Source: an uncultured Candidatus Saccharibacteria bacterium (lineage in GTDB: Bacteria; Patescibacteriota; Minisyncoccia; Phycocordibacterales; UBA12088). Taken from it: a DNA stretch of 64,000 nucleotides. Shown in pieces: positions 19,359 through 29,169 of the stretch (within the stretch, counting starts at the first letter, position 1; the number at the start of each line of letters is the position of its first letter). Made by a program: the position numbers and the translations under genes. The notes below the pieces were generated by a model. That model saw only the letters and a list, made by a program, of their open reading frames with translations. It did no database searches and was not told the origin of the DNA. The DNA is taken from positions 64,894-128,893 of the forward strand of contig CAYPKR010000002.1 of assembly GCA_964411375.1 (NCBI GenBank), in the 5' to 3' direction.

Positions 19359-19631
19359 ATGGCACATAGAAAGGCAGGCGGCACAGCGAAAAACCTCAGA
19401 GATTCAAATCCGAAATACCTCGGCGTTAAGCTCTATGCCGGAGAAAAAGCAAAGACTGGCGCAATTATCGTTCGCCAGCGCGGCACCAAGGTTGAACCAG
19501 GGGTCAACGTAGGACTTGGTAAAGATCACACGCTTTTTGCCCTCAAGGACGGCGTTGTTTCCTTCCGAATGAAACGAAAAACGCGATTCAACGGACACAC
19601 GGTTAGAAAGCAGGTAGTGGATGTAAAATAA
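19359..19631 (+). CDS. rpmA: 50S ribosomal protein L27
   Basis: [24 protein letters not shown]. Confidence 0.98.
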   Translation: MAHRKAGGTAKNLRDSNPKYLGVKLYAGEKAKTGAIIVRQRGTKVEPGVNVGLGKDHTLFALKDGVVSFRMKRKTRFNGHTVRKQVVDVK

Positions 19632-19637
19632 AAAATC

Positions 19638-19679
19638 TTAAAAATCAGACCGGACAATTTGTCCGGTCTGATTTTTAAG
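19638..19679. terminator. Bidirectional terminator between rpmA and rplI
   Basis: CTTAAAAATCAGACCGGACAA / TTGTCCGGTCTGATTTTTAAG inverted repeat between convergent genes. Confidence 0.85.
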
Positions 19680-19703
19680 TAGAAAAAATTTCAGAAGTGA
19701 TAA

Positions 19704-20147
19704 TTATTTTGAATCAATAGAAAGCATAAACACTGCAGAGCGATGATCGTGCCACGCTTCGATTGTATGACTGCCGGAAGCTTTGATTGGCGCATTCAGA
19801 GAAATAATTCCCTTAGGAAGATTGAGATGCAGTTCGTCTTGGATCGCTTTCATAATCTGATCTTCCTTGATTGCCTGGAAGAGACTTCCCTTATCATTGG
19901 CTTTAGCGTGAATCCTAACGGTTTTTCCGTTTAAAGCATCGAATAGTTTATGTACCCTGGCATTTTCACCAGCGAGCTTTTCGGCATGCACTTTTTTCTC
20001 TTCCGTAATCGAAGTGATCTTTCCGGTCGTTGCAACTTCGGCCAACCGCTTAGGAAATAAAAAGTGTGCTGCATATCCATCGGATACTTCCTTGATATCC
20101 TGCTTCTTCCCTACCCCGCGGACATCCTGCAGTAATATGACTTTCAT
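19704..20147 (-). CDS. rplI: 50S ribosomal protein L9
   Basis: MKVILLQDV.GVGK...EVSDGYA..FLFP. Confidence 0.96.
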   Translation of the reverse strand: MKVILLQDVRGVGKKQDIKEVSDGYAAHFLFPKRLAEVATTGKITSITEEKKVHAEKLAGENARVHKLFDALNGKTVRIHAKANDKGSLFQAIKEDQIMKAIQDELHLNLPKGIISLNAPIKASGSHTIEAWHDHRSAVFMLSIDSK

Positions 20148-20179
20148 GTTAGGGGATTATACACAAATATCTAGACTGT

Positions 20180-20307
20180 AGAAACCCTTTAAAAATTCTT
20201 CAGATGCGAGGCATGGAGAAGGTATGAAAATTGCCGTACTTGTAGTTACGGCAATTTTCATACAGAGGCTCCATAACGAAGCAGGTGAAAATTTTTGAAG
20301 GGTTTCT
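20180..20307. repeat. About 128-nt nested palindromic element (REP/MITE-like)
   Basis: 18-bp outer inverted repeat, 17-bp perfect inner inverted repeat, partial pairing between. Confidence 0.7.
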
Positions 20308-21548
20308 TATTTTCCGGTATTAAGGTATTGAATCGCGCGATTAAGCTGCGGATCCTTTCCATTTGCCAAGTCTTCGGCCGTTGTCGTTGCTTGGAAATCA
20401 GGGGTGAGGCCCGAGAGCGAGATTGATTTTCCGTTCGGCGTATACCAACGAGCAACCGTTACTTTAATTGCGGTGTCCGGAGTGACATTGATGAGTTCTT
20501 GCACCGATCCTTTTCCGAAACTGCGGTCTCCTACAAGTTTTGCAACACCGTGTTCGGAAAGTGCTCCGGCGAGAATTTCTGATGCCGATGCAGAACCTTG
20601 GTTTTGGAGAATTGCAACTTGGAATCCGCCGTTGGTGTATACATCGTATCCCTTACTTCGGTAGAGATGATCCTGTCCTCCGCCTCGCTCTTCAACGACA
20701 ACATCTCCCGTTGGCAAGAACCAACTTGCGATATCAACGGCTGCTTCAAGATATCCGCCCGGATTGCCACGAAGGTCAATAACTAGTTTTTTCTGACCAC
20801 TTGCGAGGAAATTGCGCATTTCAGTGCGGAAACTATCAACTGCAGTTGCACCAAAGCTATAGAGCGCGATTACATAGACATGATCATTGACGCGATTTTC
20901 GCTCTTAATTATCGGCACCTGAATCGCTTCACGCTTGATATCGACTTCGATCAACTTTGTTTCTCCTTTTCGGGCAATCGAGAGGTGCACCGACGTACCG
21001 ATATCACCGCGAATATTCCTGACCGCTTCATCAACTGAATAACCTTCAGTGCTAGTGTTATTTATTTTGACAACCTGATCGCCTGGACGAATACCGGCGC
21101 GTTCAGCGGGAGTATTTTTGAGCGGCGCAATGACTGTGATGATTTCGTCTCGAAGACCAATTTCCATTCCGACTCCTCCAAAGGAGCCATTGATGTCTTC
21201 GGTGAACGATTTGTTTTCAACCGGTGGGAAGAATACCGTGTATGGATCGCCAAGCGATTTTGCGAGTCCTTCGATTGCGCCGTACACACGGTCTTGATTA
21301 GAAATGGTGCTCGTTGACGATGTTGCCGGAACATAGCGCTCATTTAAAATTTCCCATGCTTTGTAGAGTGGACTAAAATCAACACCTTCAGGTGGAAGCG
21401 TGTTGGCATTTCCGATGACAATCGTATTGGCATGTGTTTCATGATAGTCACCGATTGCAAGTCCGATGAAAAACGCAATCGTAACTGGAACCAAAACGAG
21501 CGATAACGTGCTCGTCGTTTTTTGTAGATACTTTTTGAATGAATTCAT
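20307..21548 (-). CDS. ctpA: S41 carboxyl-terminal processing protease with PDZ domain
   Basis: GDPYT, GVGMEI, DLRGNPGG, SASASE, FGKGSVQ. Confidence 0.93.
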   Translation of the reverse strand: MNSFKKYLQKTTSTLSLVLVPVTIAFFIGLAIGDYHETHANTIVIGNANTLPPEGVDFSPLYKAWEILNERYVPATSSTSTISNQDRVYGAIEGLAKSLGDPYTVFFPPVENKSFTEDINGSFGGVGMEIGLRDEIITVIAPLKNTPAERAGIRPGDQVVKINNTSTEGYSVDEAVRNIRGDIGTSVHLSIARKGETKLIEVDIKREAIQVPIIKSENRVNDHVYVIALYSFGATAVDSFRTEMRNFLASGQKKLVIDLRGNPGGYLEAAVDIASWFLPTGDVVVEERGGGQDHLYRSKGYDVYTNGGFQVAILQNQGSASASEILAGALSEHGVAKLVGDRSFGKGSVQELINVTPDTAIKVTVARWYTPNGKSISLSGLTPDFQATTTAEDLANGKDPQLNRAIQYLNTGK

Positions 21549-21640
21549 TACATCTAGTATCGCAAAGTGCTACCCTGCATGTCAATTTGAATGCTCTCGC
21601 ACAGTTACTAGACTCGCGATATAATTCATTTCTACTTCAT

Positions 21641-23107
21641 ATGTTTTTCCTCGCCCTCGACAGACAACCGATTCCTCCGAAGCCCCCTCTGCGATTTCGG
21701 AATACTCTTTCGGGAGAAATAGAAGAATTCAAACCAATTCGCGAAGGAAAGGTACTGATGTATAACTGCGGTCCGACGGTCTATGACCATCAGCACATCG
21801 GCAACCTACGCGCCTATGTATTTGCAGATATTCTTCGTCGTACACTCGAATACAATGGCTACGATGTGAAGCAAATCATTAACATTACCGATGTCGGACA
21901 TTTGGTTTCGGATGCAGACGAAGGCGCAGACAAACTTGAAGTTGGTGCAGAAAAATATGGACTTTCTGCACAAGAGCTTGCGAAGAAAATTACCGCCGAG
22001 TGGAAGGATGATTTGGACAAGCTCGACATTGATACTAAGAAAATTACGTTTACCAAAGCGACTGATTATATTCCAGAACAAATTGCACTTGTTTCTGCAC
22101 TTCAGGAAAAGGGCTACACCTATCAAATTTCTGATGGCGTGTATTACGACACGTCGCGGTTCCCCAAATACGGTGCTCTGGGAAATATTGATACGGAACA
22201 TTTGAAGGCGGGTGCGCGAGTCGATCTTGGTGAAAAACTCCATGCGACTGACTTTGCACTTTGGAAACTCTCCCCTTCTGGAGAAAAGCGCCAGCAGGAA
22301 TGGAAATCGCCGTGGGGTATTGGGTTTCCAGGATGGCATTTAGAATGCACCGCGATGATTTTTGCGGAGCTTGGCAAACAGATTGATATTCATACTGGCG
22401 GTATCGATCATATTCCCGTTCATCACAATAATGAAATCGCACAGGCGGAAGCGGCAAGCGGTAAAAAATATGTGAATTATTGGATCCACGGCGAATTCAT
22501 TACAATTGAAGGCAAGAAGATTTCAAAGTCACTGGGAAATACTATTCTTCTTCGAAATATTACTGACAAGAATCTTTCGGCTCTTGCACTCCGCATGTGG
22601 TTCCTCTCCGGTCATTACCGTTCGCCGATGAATTTCACGTGGGAGGCAATCGAAGGCGCAAATACTGCTCTTCTTAAATTGCACCGATTCTTTGTGGACG
22701 AACTCCCTGAAGGAGAGAGCGGAAAAGTTGATGAAACATATCAGCGCCGATTCCAAGAGGCGATTAATGAAGATCTTGATACGCCAAAAGCGTTGGCACT
22801 TCTCTTTGAACTCGCAAAAGATGAAACTGTCTCCCCTGCCGATACTCGCGCAACCATTCTCGATTTTGATCGTGTCTTAGGACTTGGATTTATAGCTGGA
22901 AAAAAGAAGCAGAAAGAAATGCTCAAACTAAAAGTTTTGGATAAAAAAGCAATTCCAAAAGCGGTACAAAAACTCATTGATGAACGCGAAGCGGCACGTA
23001 CTGAAAAAAATTGGGTTGAGGCAGACCGAATCCGCGACCTTTTGGAGAGGAAAGGCTATACAGTAAAAGATACTCCTGAGGGATCAGAAATAGAGAAACT
23101 CGGATAG
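21641..23107 (+). CDS. cysS: Cysteine--tRNA ligase
   Basis: YNCGPTVY, HIGN, DFALWK, PGWHLEC, KISKS; ATG at 21641 preferred. Confidence 0.96.
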   Translation: MFFLALDRQPIPPKPPLRFRNTLSGEIEEFKPIREGKVLMYNCGPTVYDHQHIGNLRAYVFADILRRTLEYNGYDVKQIINITDVGHLVSDADEGADKLEVGAEKYGLSAQELAKKITAEWKDDLDKLDIDTKKITFTKATDYIPEQIALVSALQEKGYTYQISDGVYYDTSRFPKYGALGNIDTEHLKAGARVDLGEKLHATDFALWKLSPSGEKRQQEWKSPWGIGFPGWHLECTAMIFAELGKQIDIHTGGIDHIPVHHNNEIAQAEAASGKKYVNYWIHGEFITIEGKKISKSLGNTILLRNITDKNLSALALRMWFLSGHYRSPMNFTWEAIEGANTALLKLHRFFVDELPEGESGKVDETYQRRFQEAINEDLDTPKALALLFELAKDETVSPADTRATILDFDRVLGLGFIAGKKKQKEMLKLKVLDKKAIPKAVQKLIDEREAARTEKNWVEADRIRDLLERKGYTVKDTPEGSEIEKLG

Positions 23108-23114
23108 GCGTATT

Positions 23115-23134
23115 TTATACACATCTTACGCACA
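23115..23134 (+). promoter_or_regulatory. DnaA box plus degenerate second box upstream of dnaB
   Basis: TTATACACA at 23115-23123 fits TTATNCACA; TTACGCACA at 23126-23134. Confidence 0.5.
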
Positions 23135-23194
23135 GAAATCATCAATTTTCCTCTTCGGGCAGGGACTTCCTCGCTGTGCTAAAATGGCGGAATT

Positions 23195-24598
23195 ATGGCA
23201 TCGAATCCTGTCTCAAAACTCCGTATTCCTCCGCATAACATTGATTCGGAAAAGGCACTTCTCGGTGCGTTGATACTGAAACCCGATTCGATACACGACA
23301 TCATTGATCTCGTCTCTCCTGAATCATTTTATGTCGAAAAACATCGCCTGATTATAGCGGCGATTTTAGAGCTTTTCGGAAAAAGCGATGGCATCGATCT
23401 TTTGACTTTGACCTCGAAGCTCCGCGACCAAAAACGACTAGAGCAAATTGGCGGTGCGAGTTATCTGACTGAACTCGTGAATACCACTCCCGCTGCAGCA
23501 AATGCAAAATTTTATGCAGAACTCGTTCACAAAACGGCAACGCTTCGCGGAATAATCGGTGCGGCGGAAGATATTGGCGAACTCGGATATGAACAAAATA
23601 TGCCGATTGACGAAGTGCTCGATCGCGCAGAAAAACGTATCTACCAAATTGCACACGCAAGCAACTCAAGAAAGTTCATTGGCATGAACGAAATGGTCGG
23701 AGATGCGTGGGAGCGCATCGAAGCGCTTCACAACGCGGATGCAGCTACCGTGCGCGGTGTTCCTTCCGGTTTCAAGGAACTCGACAATTTGCTCGCAGGA
23801 TTCCAACCATCTGACCTCATCATTCTTGCGGCACGACCTTCGATGGGAAAATCAACGCTCGCCTTGGATATCGCCCGCCAAGCAGCAACGCTCTACAACG
23901 TACCGGTTGGATTTTTCTCACTTGAAATGAGCACCAAATCGCTCGTGGATCGTATTCTTGCGGCCGAAGCGAGAGTGGATGCGTGGCGACTTCGAACCGG
24001 AAAACTATCGACTGATGAAGAATTTGAACAGATTAAGGGCGCACTTGATCGACTCTCCGGTGCACCAATTTATTTTGATGATCAGCCAGCGGCGAGCATT
24101 TTGACGATGCGTTCTGCCGCACGTCGATTGATGCGTGAACAGGGACTCGGACTCATCATCGTTGATTACCTCCAGCTTATGGTTCCAACATACAGCAGAG
24201 CGTCCGACAACGTTGTTCAGCAAGTAACGGAAATTTCGAGATCATTAAAAGGCATGGCTCGTGAGCTCAATGTGCCGGTAATTGCCCTCTCACAGCTTTC
24301 ACGAGCCGTTGAACAACGTCGTGGTCGTCCTCGCCTTTCTGACCTTCGCGACTCAGGTTCGATCGAACAAGACGCCGACGTTGTCATGTTCATTCATCGC
24401 GAAGATAAAATGAGCGAAACAGGAACATCTGATCGGCCAAACGTAGCGGAAATTCTGATCGAAAAGCACCGCAACGGACCAACTGGAAAAATTGACCTCT
24501 TCTTTGACGAAAAGAAAACGACCTTCATTCCGATTGAAAAGAGCGATTTTAGTTCGTTTGAATCGGCAAGCGCAAGCGGTATTGATGACGTATTTTAA
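23195..24598 (+). CDS. dnaB: Replicative DNA helicase
   Basis: AARPSMGKS, FSLEM, VDYLQL, SQLSR, LRDSGSIEQDAD, KHRNG. Confidence 0.98.
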   Translation: MASNPVSKLRIPPHNIDSEKALLGALILKPDSIHDIIDLVSPESFYVEKHRLIIAAILELFGKSDGIDLLTLTSKLRDQKRLEQIGGASYLTELVNTTPAAANAKFYAELVHKTATLRGIIGAAEDIGELGYEQNMPIDEVLDRAEKRIYQIAHASNSRKFIGMNEMVGDAWERIEALHNADAATVRGVPSGFKELDNLLAGFQPSDLIILAARPSMGKSTLALDIARQAATLYNVPVGFFSLEMSTKSLVDRILAAEARVDAWRLRTGKLSTDEEFEQIKGALDRLSGAPIYFDDQPAASILTMRSAARRLMREQGLGLIIVDYLQLMVPTYSRASDNVVQQVTEISRSLKGMARELNVPVIALSQLSRAVEQRRGRPRLSDLRDSGSIEQDADVVMFIHREDKMSETGTSDRPNVAEILIEKHRNGPTGKIDLFFDEKKTTFIPIEKSDFSSFESASASGIDDVF

Positions 24599-24600
24599 GC

Positions 24601-25215
24601 ATGAACACGATTTCCAAACTTGCCGAACTCTTCAATGAATTCCCCGGAATTGGTCCGAGACAAGCGAAACGCTTAGTGTATTTTCTCTTAACCAAAAACC
24701 CTCGATTCCACCTCGAACTTTCTGAAGCACTCACTGCCCTTTCCAAAAGCGTTTCAATTTGTCCATCCTGTTTTCGCTATTTCACCAAAAATGGCGAAGC
24801 GCTATGTAATATCTGCGCTGATTCAAATCGAAATGATGGAGCTTTAATGATTGTCGAGAAAGATGTTGATTTTGAAAATATCGAACGAAGTCGTGTCTAT
24901 GACGGTAAATATTTTATTTTGGGCGGCACCGTTGGAGCACTTGATAAAAAACCCGAAGAAAAAGTGCGGCTCCGTGAACTTTCGCGCGTTGTTGAAGAGC
25001 GCGGCAAATCTGGCGCGCTCAAAGAAATTGTCTTAGCGCTTTCTGCGAATGCTGATGGTGAAGAAACGGGAGAATTTGTAAGTGGAATTATTGCGCCGTC
25101 AGTCGAGTCATTTGGCATCAAAGTATCTGTATTCGGACGCGGTCTCTCAACTGGAAGCGAACTCGAATACGCTGATTCAGAAACAATCAAGAACGCATTT
25201 AAGAATAGAAAATGA
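24601..25215 (+). CDS. recR: Recombination mediator RecR
   Basis: PGIGPRQAKR, C4 zinc finger, Toprim, GSELEYAD. Confidence 0.95.
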   Translation: MNTISKLAELFNEFPGIGPRQAKRLVYFLLTKNPRFHLELSEALTALSKSVSICPSCFRYFTKNGEALCNICADSNRNDGALMIVEKDVDFENIERSRVYDGKYFILGGTVGALDKKPEEKVRLRELSRVVEERGKSGALKEIVLALSANADGEETGEFVSGIIAPSVESFGIKVSVFGRGLSTGSELEYADSETIKNAFKNRK

Positions 25216-25246
25216 GAAAAGCGGCGTCCCTCGTCGGGACGCCGCT

Positions 25247-25633
25247 TCATTGAATGCGCATCGTCATACTGCGCTGCTTGATTCCCACAACTACTTGTGC
25301 GAAATGCTCGCGGAGATCTGCTTCTTGTTGACGATCTCGCCAGCTGATTTTGCAAGCCTCTCCAATACACATTCGTATATAGATCGATTCCTTGTACCGA
25401 TATATTTGAATGCCAGACGGAATTGTAATTGCTTGGCCACTCGCAAGAGTGGAAGAGAGCCCCACATGATCTGGATAACATTCAGTTTTAAGCAACCATT
25501 CCAAGTCATCTTCAGTGATTGTCGTGTACGCAATTCGGTTCCCAGTGTCAGGATCAAAATGGATCTTAACCGTTGCTGTAGTCTCAATCACCGATAAGGT
25601 GAACTCTTCGAGATTTGAAAGGGTCATAGACAT
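25247..25633 (-). CDS. Orphan hypothetical protein
   Basis: 128 aa ORF with AGGAG SD, TAGAAT -10 and a GC-rich hairpin at 25220-25246. Confidence 0.6.
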   Translation of the reverse strand: MSMTLSNLEEFTLSVIETTATVKIHFDPDTGNRIAYTTITEDDLEWLLKTECYPDHVGLSSTLASGQAITIPSGIQIYRYKESIYIRMCIGEACKISWRDRQQEADLREHFAQVVVGIKQRSMTMRIQ

Positions 25634-25725
25634 GGAGCGCTCCTGTCTCGACTGACCATCATTCTATTGGTAGAAAAGCAAACTATTAGCTAATACGCAA
25701 CAAGTCCCGCGACGCGGGACTTGTT

Positions 25726-26034
25726 TTAGTCGATAGTAACTTTGAGGAACGGCTGACGGTGACCGCGGTTCTTGAAGTAGCGAACCTTTGGTTTATATTT
25801 GATGACAGAGATTTTCTTGGCGCGTCCAACTTCGACGACCTTGCCAGTAACTTTTGCACCCGAAACTGCTGGAGTTCCTACCTTGGTAGCCGTGCCGTCT
25901 TCAATGAGGAGGACTTCATCAAAAGTGACTTTGTCGCCGACCTTGAAATCACCTACAAGTTTTTCAATGGAAATAGTGTCGCCTGATGCTGCGACATACT
26001 GCTTTCCGCCGGTTTTGATTACTGAAAATGCCAT
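25726..26034 (-). CDS. rplU: 50S ribosomal protein L21
   Basis: VIKTGGKQY, GHRQP. Confidence 0.98.
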   Translation of the reverse strand: MAFSVIKTGGKQYVAASGDTISIEKLVGDFKVGDKVTFDEVLLIEDGTATKVGTPAVSGAKVTGKVVEVGRAKKISVIKYKPKVRYFKNRGHRQPFLKVTID

Positions 26035-26099
26035 GTGTGTATTTGCCTAAGTGCGCCTAATATAGCCTATATTTGGGAAAAAACAAGGGTTATCAAAAA

Positions 26100-26273
26100 T
26101 AAAAGATCGCCGTCCAGGAAGCATTTCTGGGCGGCGATCACGGGGTCTACGGGATCCGGTGGCGATCATTACGCCAGAAATCGGAGAGGGCTCCGAACCC
26201 TCGAAGGGTCATAAGAACGAGCCAGAGAACGGCTGGCGCAAGGAACTCAGTGGCCGCCGAAAGCTCCCTGAGG
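26100..26273 (-). ncRNA. Candidate structured sRNA with its own promoter and terminator
   Basis: TTGACA (26307-26302), 16 nt, TATAAC; serial hairpins; terminator GATCGCCG...CGGCGATC plus U tract. Confidence 0.4.
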
Positions 26274-26309
26274 AGATTTGTTATACCATCAAAGTAGACT
26301 TTGTCAAAA

Positions 26310-27365
26310 CTAGTCGTCGAGATCCGGTTTTTCAAGAACCAGCTGTTCGATCTGCGGCGATTCCTTGGTGATTCGAAGCACGTCCTTGTCGATCTTCAAA
26401 AGTTCTTTATTTGCGGCGTTGAAATGTGACACGGATGTACCGAGCGAGTTACCAAGCTTCAACATGAATTGATCATACTTCGAGAGATGTGTGCCGAGTT
26501 CCGCCACACGCTTGATGATATCCTTTGCGGTTTCTTCAATCTGCATCGCTTTCAAACCCTGAAGAACAGTTTGGAGATACGCGAGAAAGGAAGTCGGCGA
26601 AACAATGATTACTTTATACTTCCCTGCCGCACGCTGAATGAGGTTTTCGGTATCATCGGTGAGGGCGCCGATTTTGTTGATCAAAAGATCGTAATAAATC
26701 GCTTCATGCGGAATAAACATGAACGCAAATTCCATTGTTCCTTCTTCAGGACGAATATATTTTGATGTTTCTTGGATGCGGAGCTTCAGGTCATTTAGAA
26801 ACAATTTTTCGAGACGATCCTTTTCAGACTGGTCTCGTGCTTCTATGAGTCGATTGTAGTTTTCGAGCGAGAACTTTGAATCGATCGGAATAATCTTGTC
26901 TTTTACAAACACTACTGCATCGACAATCTCGCCATTTTCAAATCCGTACTGCATCTGGAAATTCCCCGGCGGCAAAATATTTTGGAGCAGTGTTTCAAGA
27001 TAATATTCACCGAGGATCCCGCGTTGTTTCGGGTTTTTCAAAATGTCACCAAGCGACTGGAGCTGTTCGGCAAAGCCTTGTGTCTGACGACCAATTTCTT
27101 TGACCGAAGTAATTTCTTCAGTTATTTCCTTGATAAGGCGTTGCGATTCAGAATATTGTGAGCGAATTGTGTCACGCATCTGTACGTTTGATTCTCCAAT
27201 TCGCTGATCAAGTGTTTGGGAGAGATTTTGGAGTTGATTTTGAAGGAGCATCAAACCTTCGGTGTTATTCTCCGGCTGTTTGATTCGACGAAACATCATC
27301 CAGATAAAAACAGCGTTTGCCGAGAATGCGAGTATCAAAATAACTGCCAGAGTGAGGCTGTTCAT
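26310..27365 (-). CDS. rmuC: DNA recombination protein RmuC
   Basis: N-terminal TM, RGILGEYYL, IDSKFS, FAFMFIP.E, VSPT. Confidence 0.93.
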   Translation of the reverse strand: MNSLTLAVILILAFSANAVFIWMMFRRIKQPENNTEGLMLLQNQLQNLSQTLDQRIGESNVQMRDTIRSQYSESQRLIKEITEEITSVKEIGRQTQGFAEQLQSLGDILKNPKQRGILGEYYLETLLQNILPPGNFQMQYGFENGEIVDAVVFVKDKIIPIDSKFSLENYNRLIEARDQSEKDRLEKLFLNDLKLRIQETSKYIRPEEGTMEFAFMFIPHEAIYYDLLINKIGALTDDTENLIQRAAGKYKVIIVSPTSFLAYLQTVLQGLKAMQIEETAKDIIKRVAELGTHLSKYDQFMLKLGNSLGTSVSHFNAANKELLKIDKDVLRITKESPQIEQLVLEKPDLDD

Positions 27366-27440
27366 CCGACCATTGTACCTTTTCAAACGAGACCCTTCAA
27401 AATACTTTACTTTTAGGGAATATGAGGGCATCATGGTATC

Positions 27441-27597
27441 GGTTCGAAGGAGATGGTGCTAGTAGCTTAGAGGTCTGTGAGGGTGGGTCCAAACCTTCCT
27501 TAGAGGATTCAATTTCCTCCTAGTAACCGGGATTTAAATGCATCCCAGCAGTCTCCTTCGAACTCTCCGCCCTCGTTTGTACGAGGGCTTTCGTTTT
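27441..27597 (+). ncRNA. Candidate ncRNA: tRNA-like domain inside a closing stem, then a terminator
   Basis: Closing stem 27442-27453 / 27552-27563; T-arm GAGGA-TTCAATT-TCCTC; acceptor-like TGCTAG/CTAGTA; terminator 27569-27597. Confidence 0.55.
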
Positions 27598-27629
27598 ATA
27601 TAGACACTTTTTTCTGGTATTCTTTTTAT

Positions 27630-28088
27630 ATGACATCCATACAACGCCACATCCGGGAAGAATTGACGAAGACAATGAAGTCCAAAGAGGAACCAAAGTT
27701 GACGGTACTTCGTGGGCTCATCACCGCATTTACCAATGAACTTGTTGCGCTTCGCCGCACTCCGCAATCTGAGCTTTCTGATGAAGAAGCGCTTGCAGTC
27801 ATTCGTCGTGCGGTTAAACAACGTAAAGATTCGGTTGAACAATTTGAACGCGGCAAGCGACATGATTTGGCACAAGCAGAAAAAGCAGAACTCGCCGTTC
27901 TCCAAGTTTTTGTTCCTCAAATGATGGGCAAAGAAGACATTATGAAAATCGCGATTCAGAAAAAGGGCGAACTTGGACTCACCGAAAAAGCACAGAGTGG
28001 ACTCCTTATGGCGACTCTCATGAAAGAACTCCGCGGCAAAGCCGACGGCACTGATGTAAAAGATGTCGTCTCTACCCTTCTTGGATAA
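27630..28088 (+). CDS. yqeY: GatB/YqeY domain protein
   Basis: KQRKDSVEQF..GKR.DLA..E..E, ADG..V. Confidence 0.92.
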   Translation: MTSIQRHIREELTKTMKSKEEPKLTVLRGLITAFTNELVALRRTPQSELSDEEALAVIRRAVKQRKDSVEQFERGKRHDLAQAEKAELAVLQVFVPQMMGKEDIMKIAIQKKGELGLTEKAQSGLLMATLMKELRGKADGTDVKDVVSTLLG

Positions 28089-28090
28089 TC

Positions 28091-28588
28091 ATGGAAGGAC
28101 CAGCCTTACAGCCAGAAAGAAATCCGCTCGACCTTCCGCCGCTGCACCAAGTCCATCACCTTGATTCTAGTTCTGCGGAATTCACCATGCCTTCGAGAGA
28201 AGGAGATGTTCGATTTTCATTCACACGAAAAAACGGGAAGGTTACCTATCTTGGCGCAGAGCATGGCGGAAGCGAGCAGTTACGGCCACGTACACTACAA
28301 GAAGGAGCTGCGTTTGCGAGAGCGTTATTTACGCGATACGACAATGGGCAAGATGCTGAAACTTTGGAAAACGGAGATTCGTCTGAGAATGAAATAGTTG
28401 TTGGAAAAATAATAATGGAGTGCCGCAAACGACTTGGGGATTCTGAAGAAGATTGGCACCTTAGCGATATCCGACAAATCACTACCGCACTATTTCCGGA
28501 ATTATCTCATGGTGAAGTAGAAGAGATGTGCGTTGCGGTTCTGCGAAGTGTCGAAGATACTCGCCGGTTTACGTGGGGCGAGAAATAA
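28091..28588 (+). CDS. Hypothetical protein
   Basis: 165 aa ORF starting 2 nt after yqeY. Confidence 0.6.
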   Translation: MEGPALQPERNPLDLPPLHQVHHLDSSSAEFTMPSREGDVRFSFTRKNGKVTYLGAEHGGSEQLRPRTLQEGAAFARALFTRYDNGQDAETLENGDSSENEIVVGKIIMECRKRLGDSEEDWHLSDIRQITTALFPELSHGEVEEMCVAVLRSVEDTRRFTWGEK

Positions 28589-29093
28589 TAAACCGATATG
28601 GTTTTTCTATCCATTCTTCTGCATAGTTGATTCCAATACGCGGTGTGCGAAGAATATCTTTTTTTGGAATAGTGATTCCCCGGTCTTCAATCCATAATCC
28701 ACTCTGACGTTTTACGGGGAGTGTATTTTCTTTTTTTGATATTTGAAGCGCACGAGTAAGACGTCCAGGGCCTGAAATCTCCTCAACACCGCGAATTAAT
28801 ACCGCTGCCGGAAAATCTTTGGGACCAGTCACGATATTAAGCATGTGGTACATCCCATAGCAGAGATACACGTACCAATTCCCCGCTTCATCAAACATAA
28901 TCGCGTTTCGCGGTGTCTTTCCTCTGTGGGCATGAGATGCTTTGTCCTTAAATCCATCGTACGCCTCAACTTCCGTGATCATATGAGCAACTTCCCTGTT
29001 CTCAATTTTTCGTACCAAAAATTTTCCGATGAGTTCTTCGGCAACAATCAAAGTGGGGCGATTAAAAAAATCTTGCGTAAGTATTCGCTTCAT
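28569..29093 (-). CDS. mpg: DNA-3-methyladenine glycosylase (AAG/MPG family)
   Basis: ITEVEAY, YVYLCYGMY.MLNIV, AVLIRG, GPGRL, PRIGI. Confidence 0.95.
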   Translation of the reverse strand: MKRILTQDFFNRPTLIVAEELIGKFLVRKIENREVAHMITEVEAYDGFKDKASHAHRGKTPRNAIMFDEAGNWYVYLCYGMYHMLNIVTGPKDFPAAVLIRGVEEISGPGRLTRALQISKKENTLPVKRQSGLWIEDRGITIPKKDILRTPRIGINYAEEWIEKPYRFIISRPT

Positions 29094-29169
29094 AGTTGGT
29101 TGTGCCGATTGTACATCAAAATACACCGACGCGGATCGTTATCCTCGTCGGTGTATTTTTCTATGTCGA

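Noticed and set aside
20157-20165. TTATACACA DnaA box upstream of rplI
   Set aside because: It coincides with the extended -10 TGTGTATAAT on the minus strand, which explains it.
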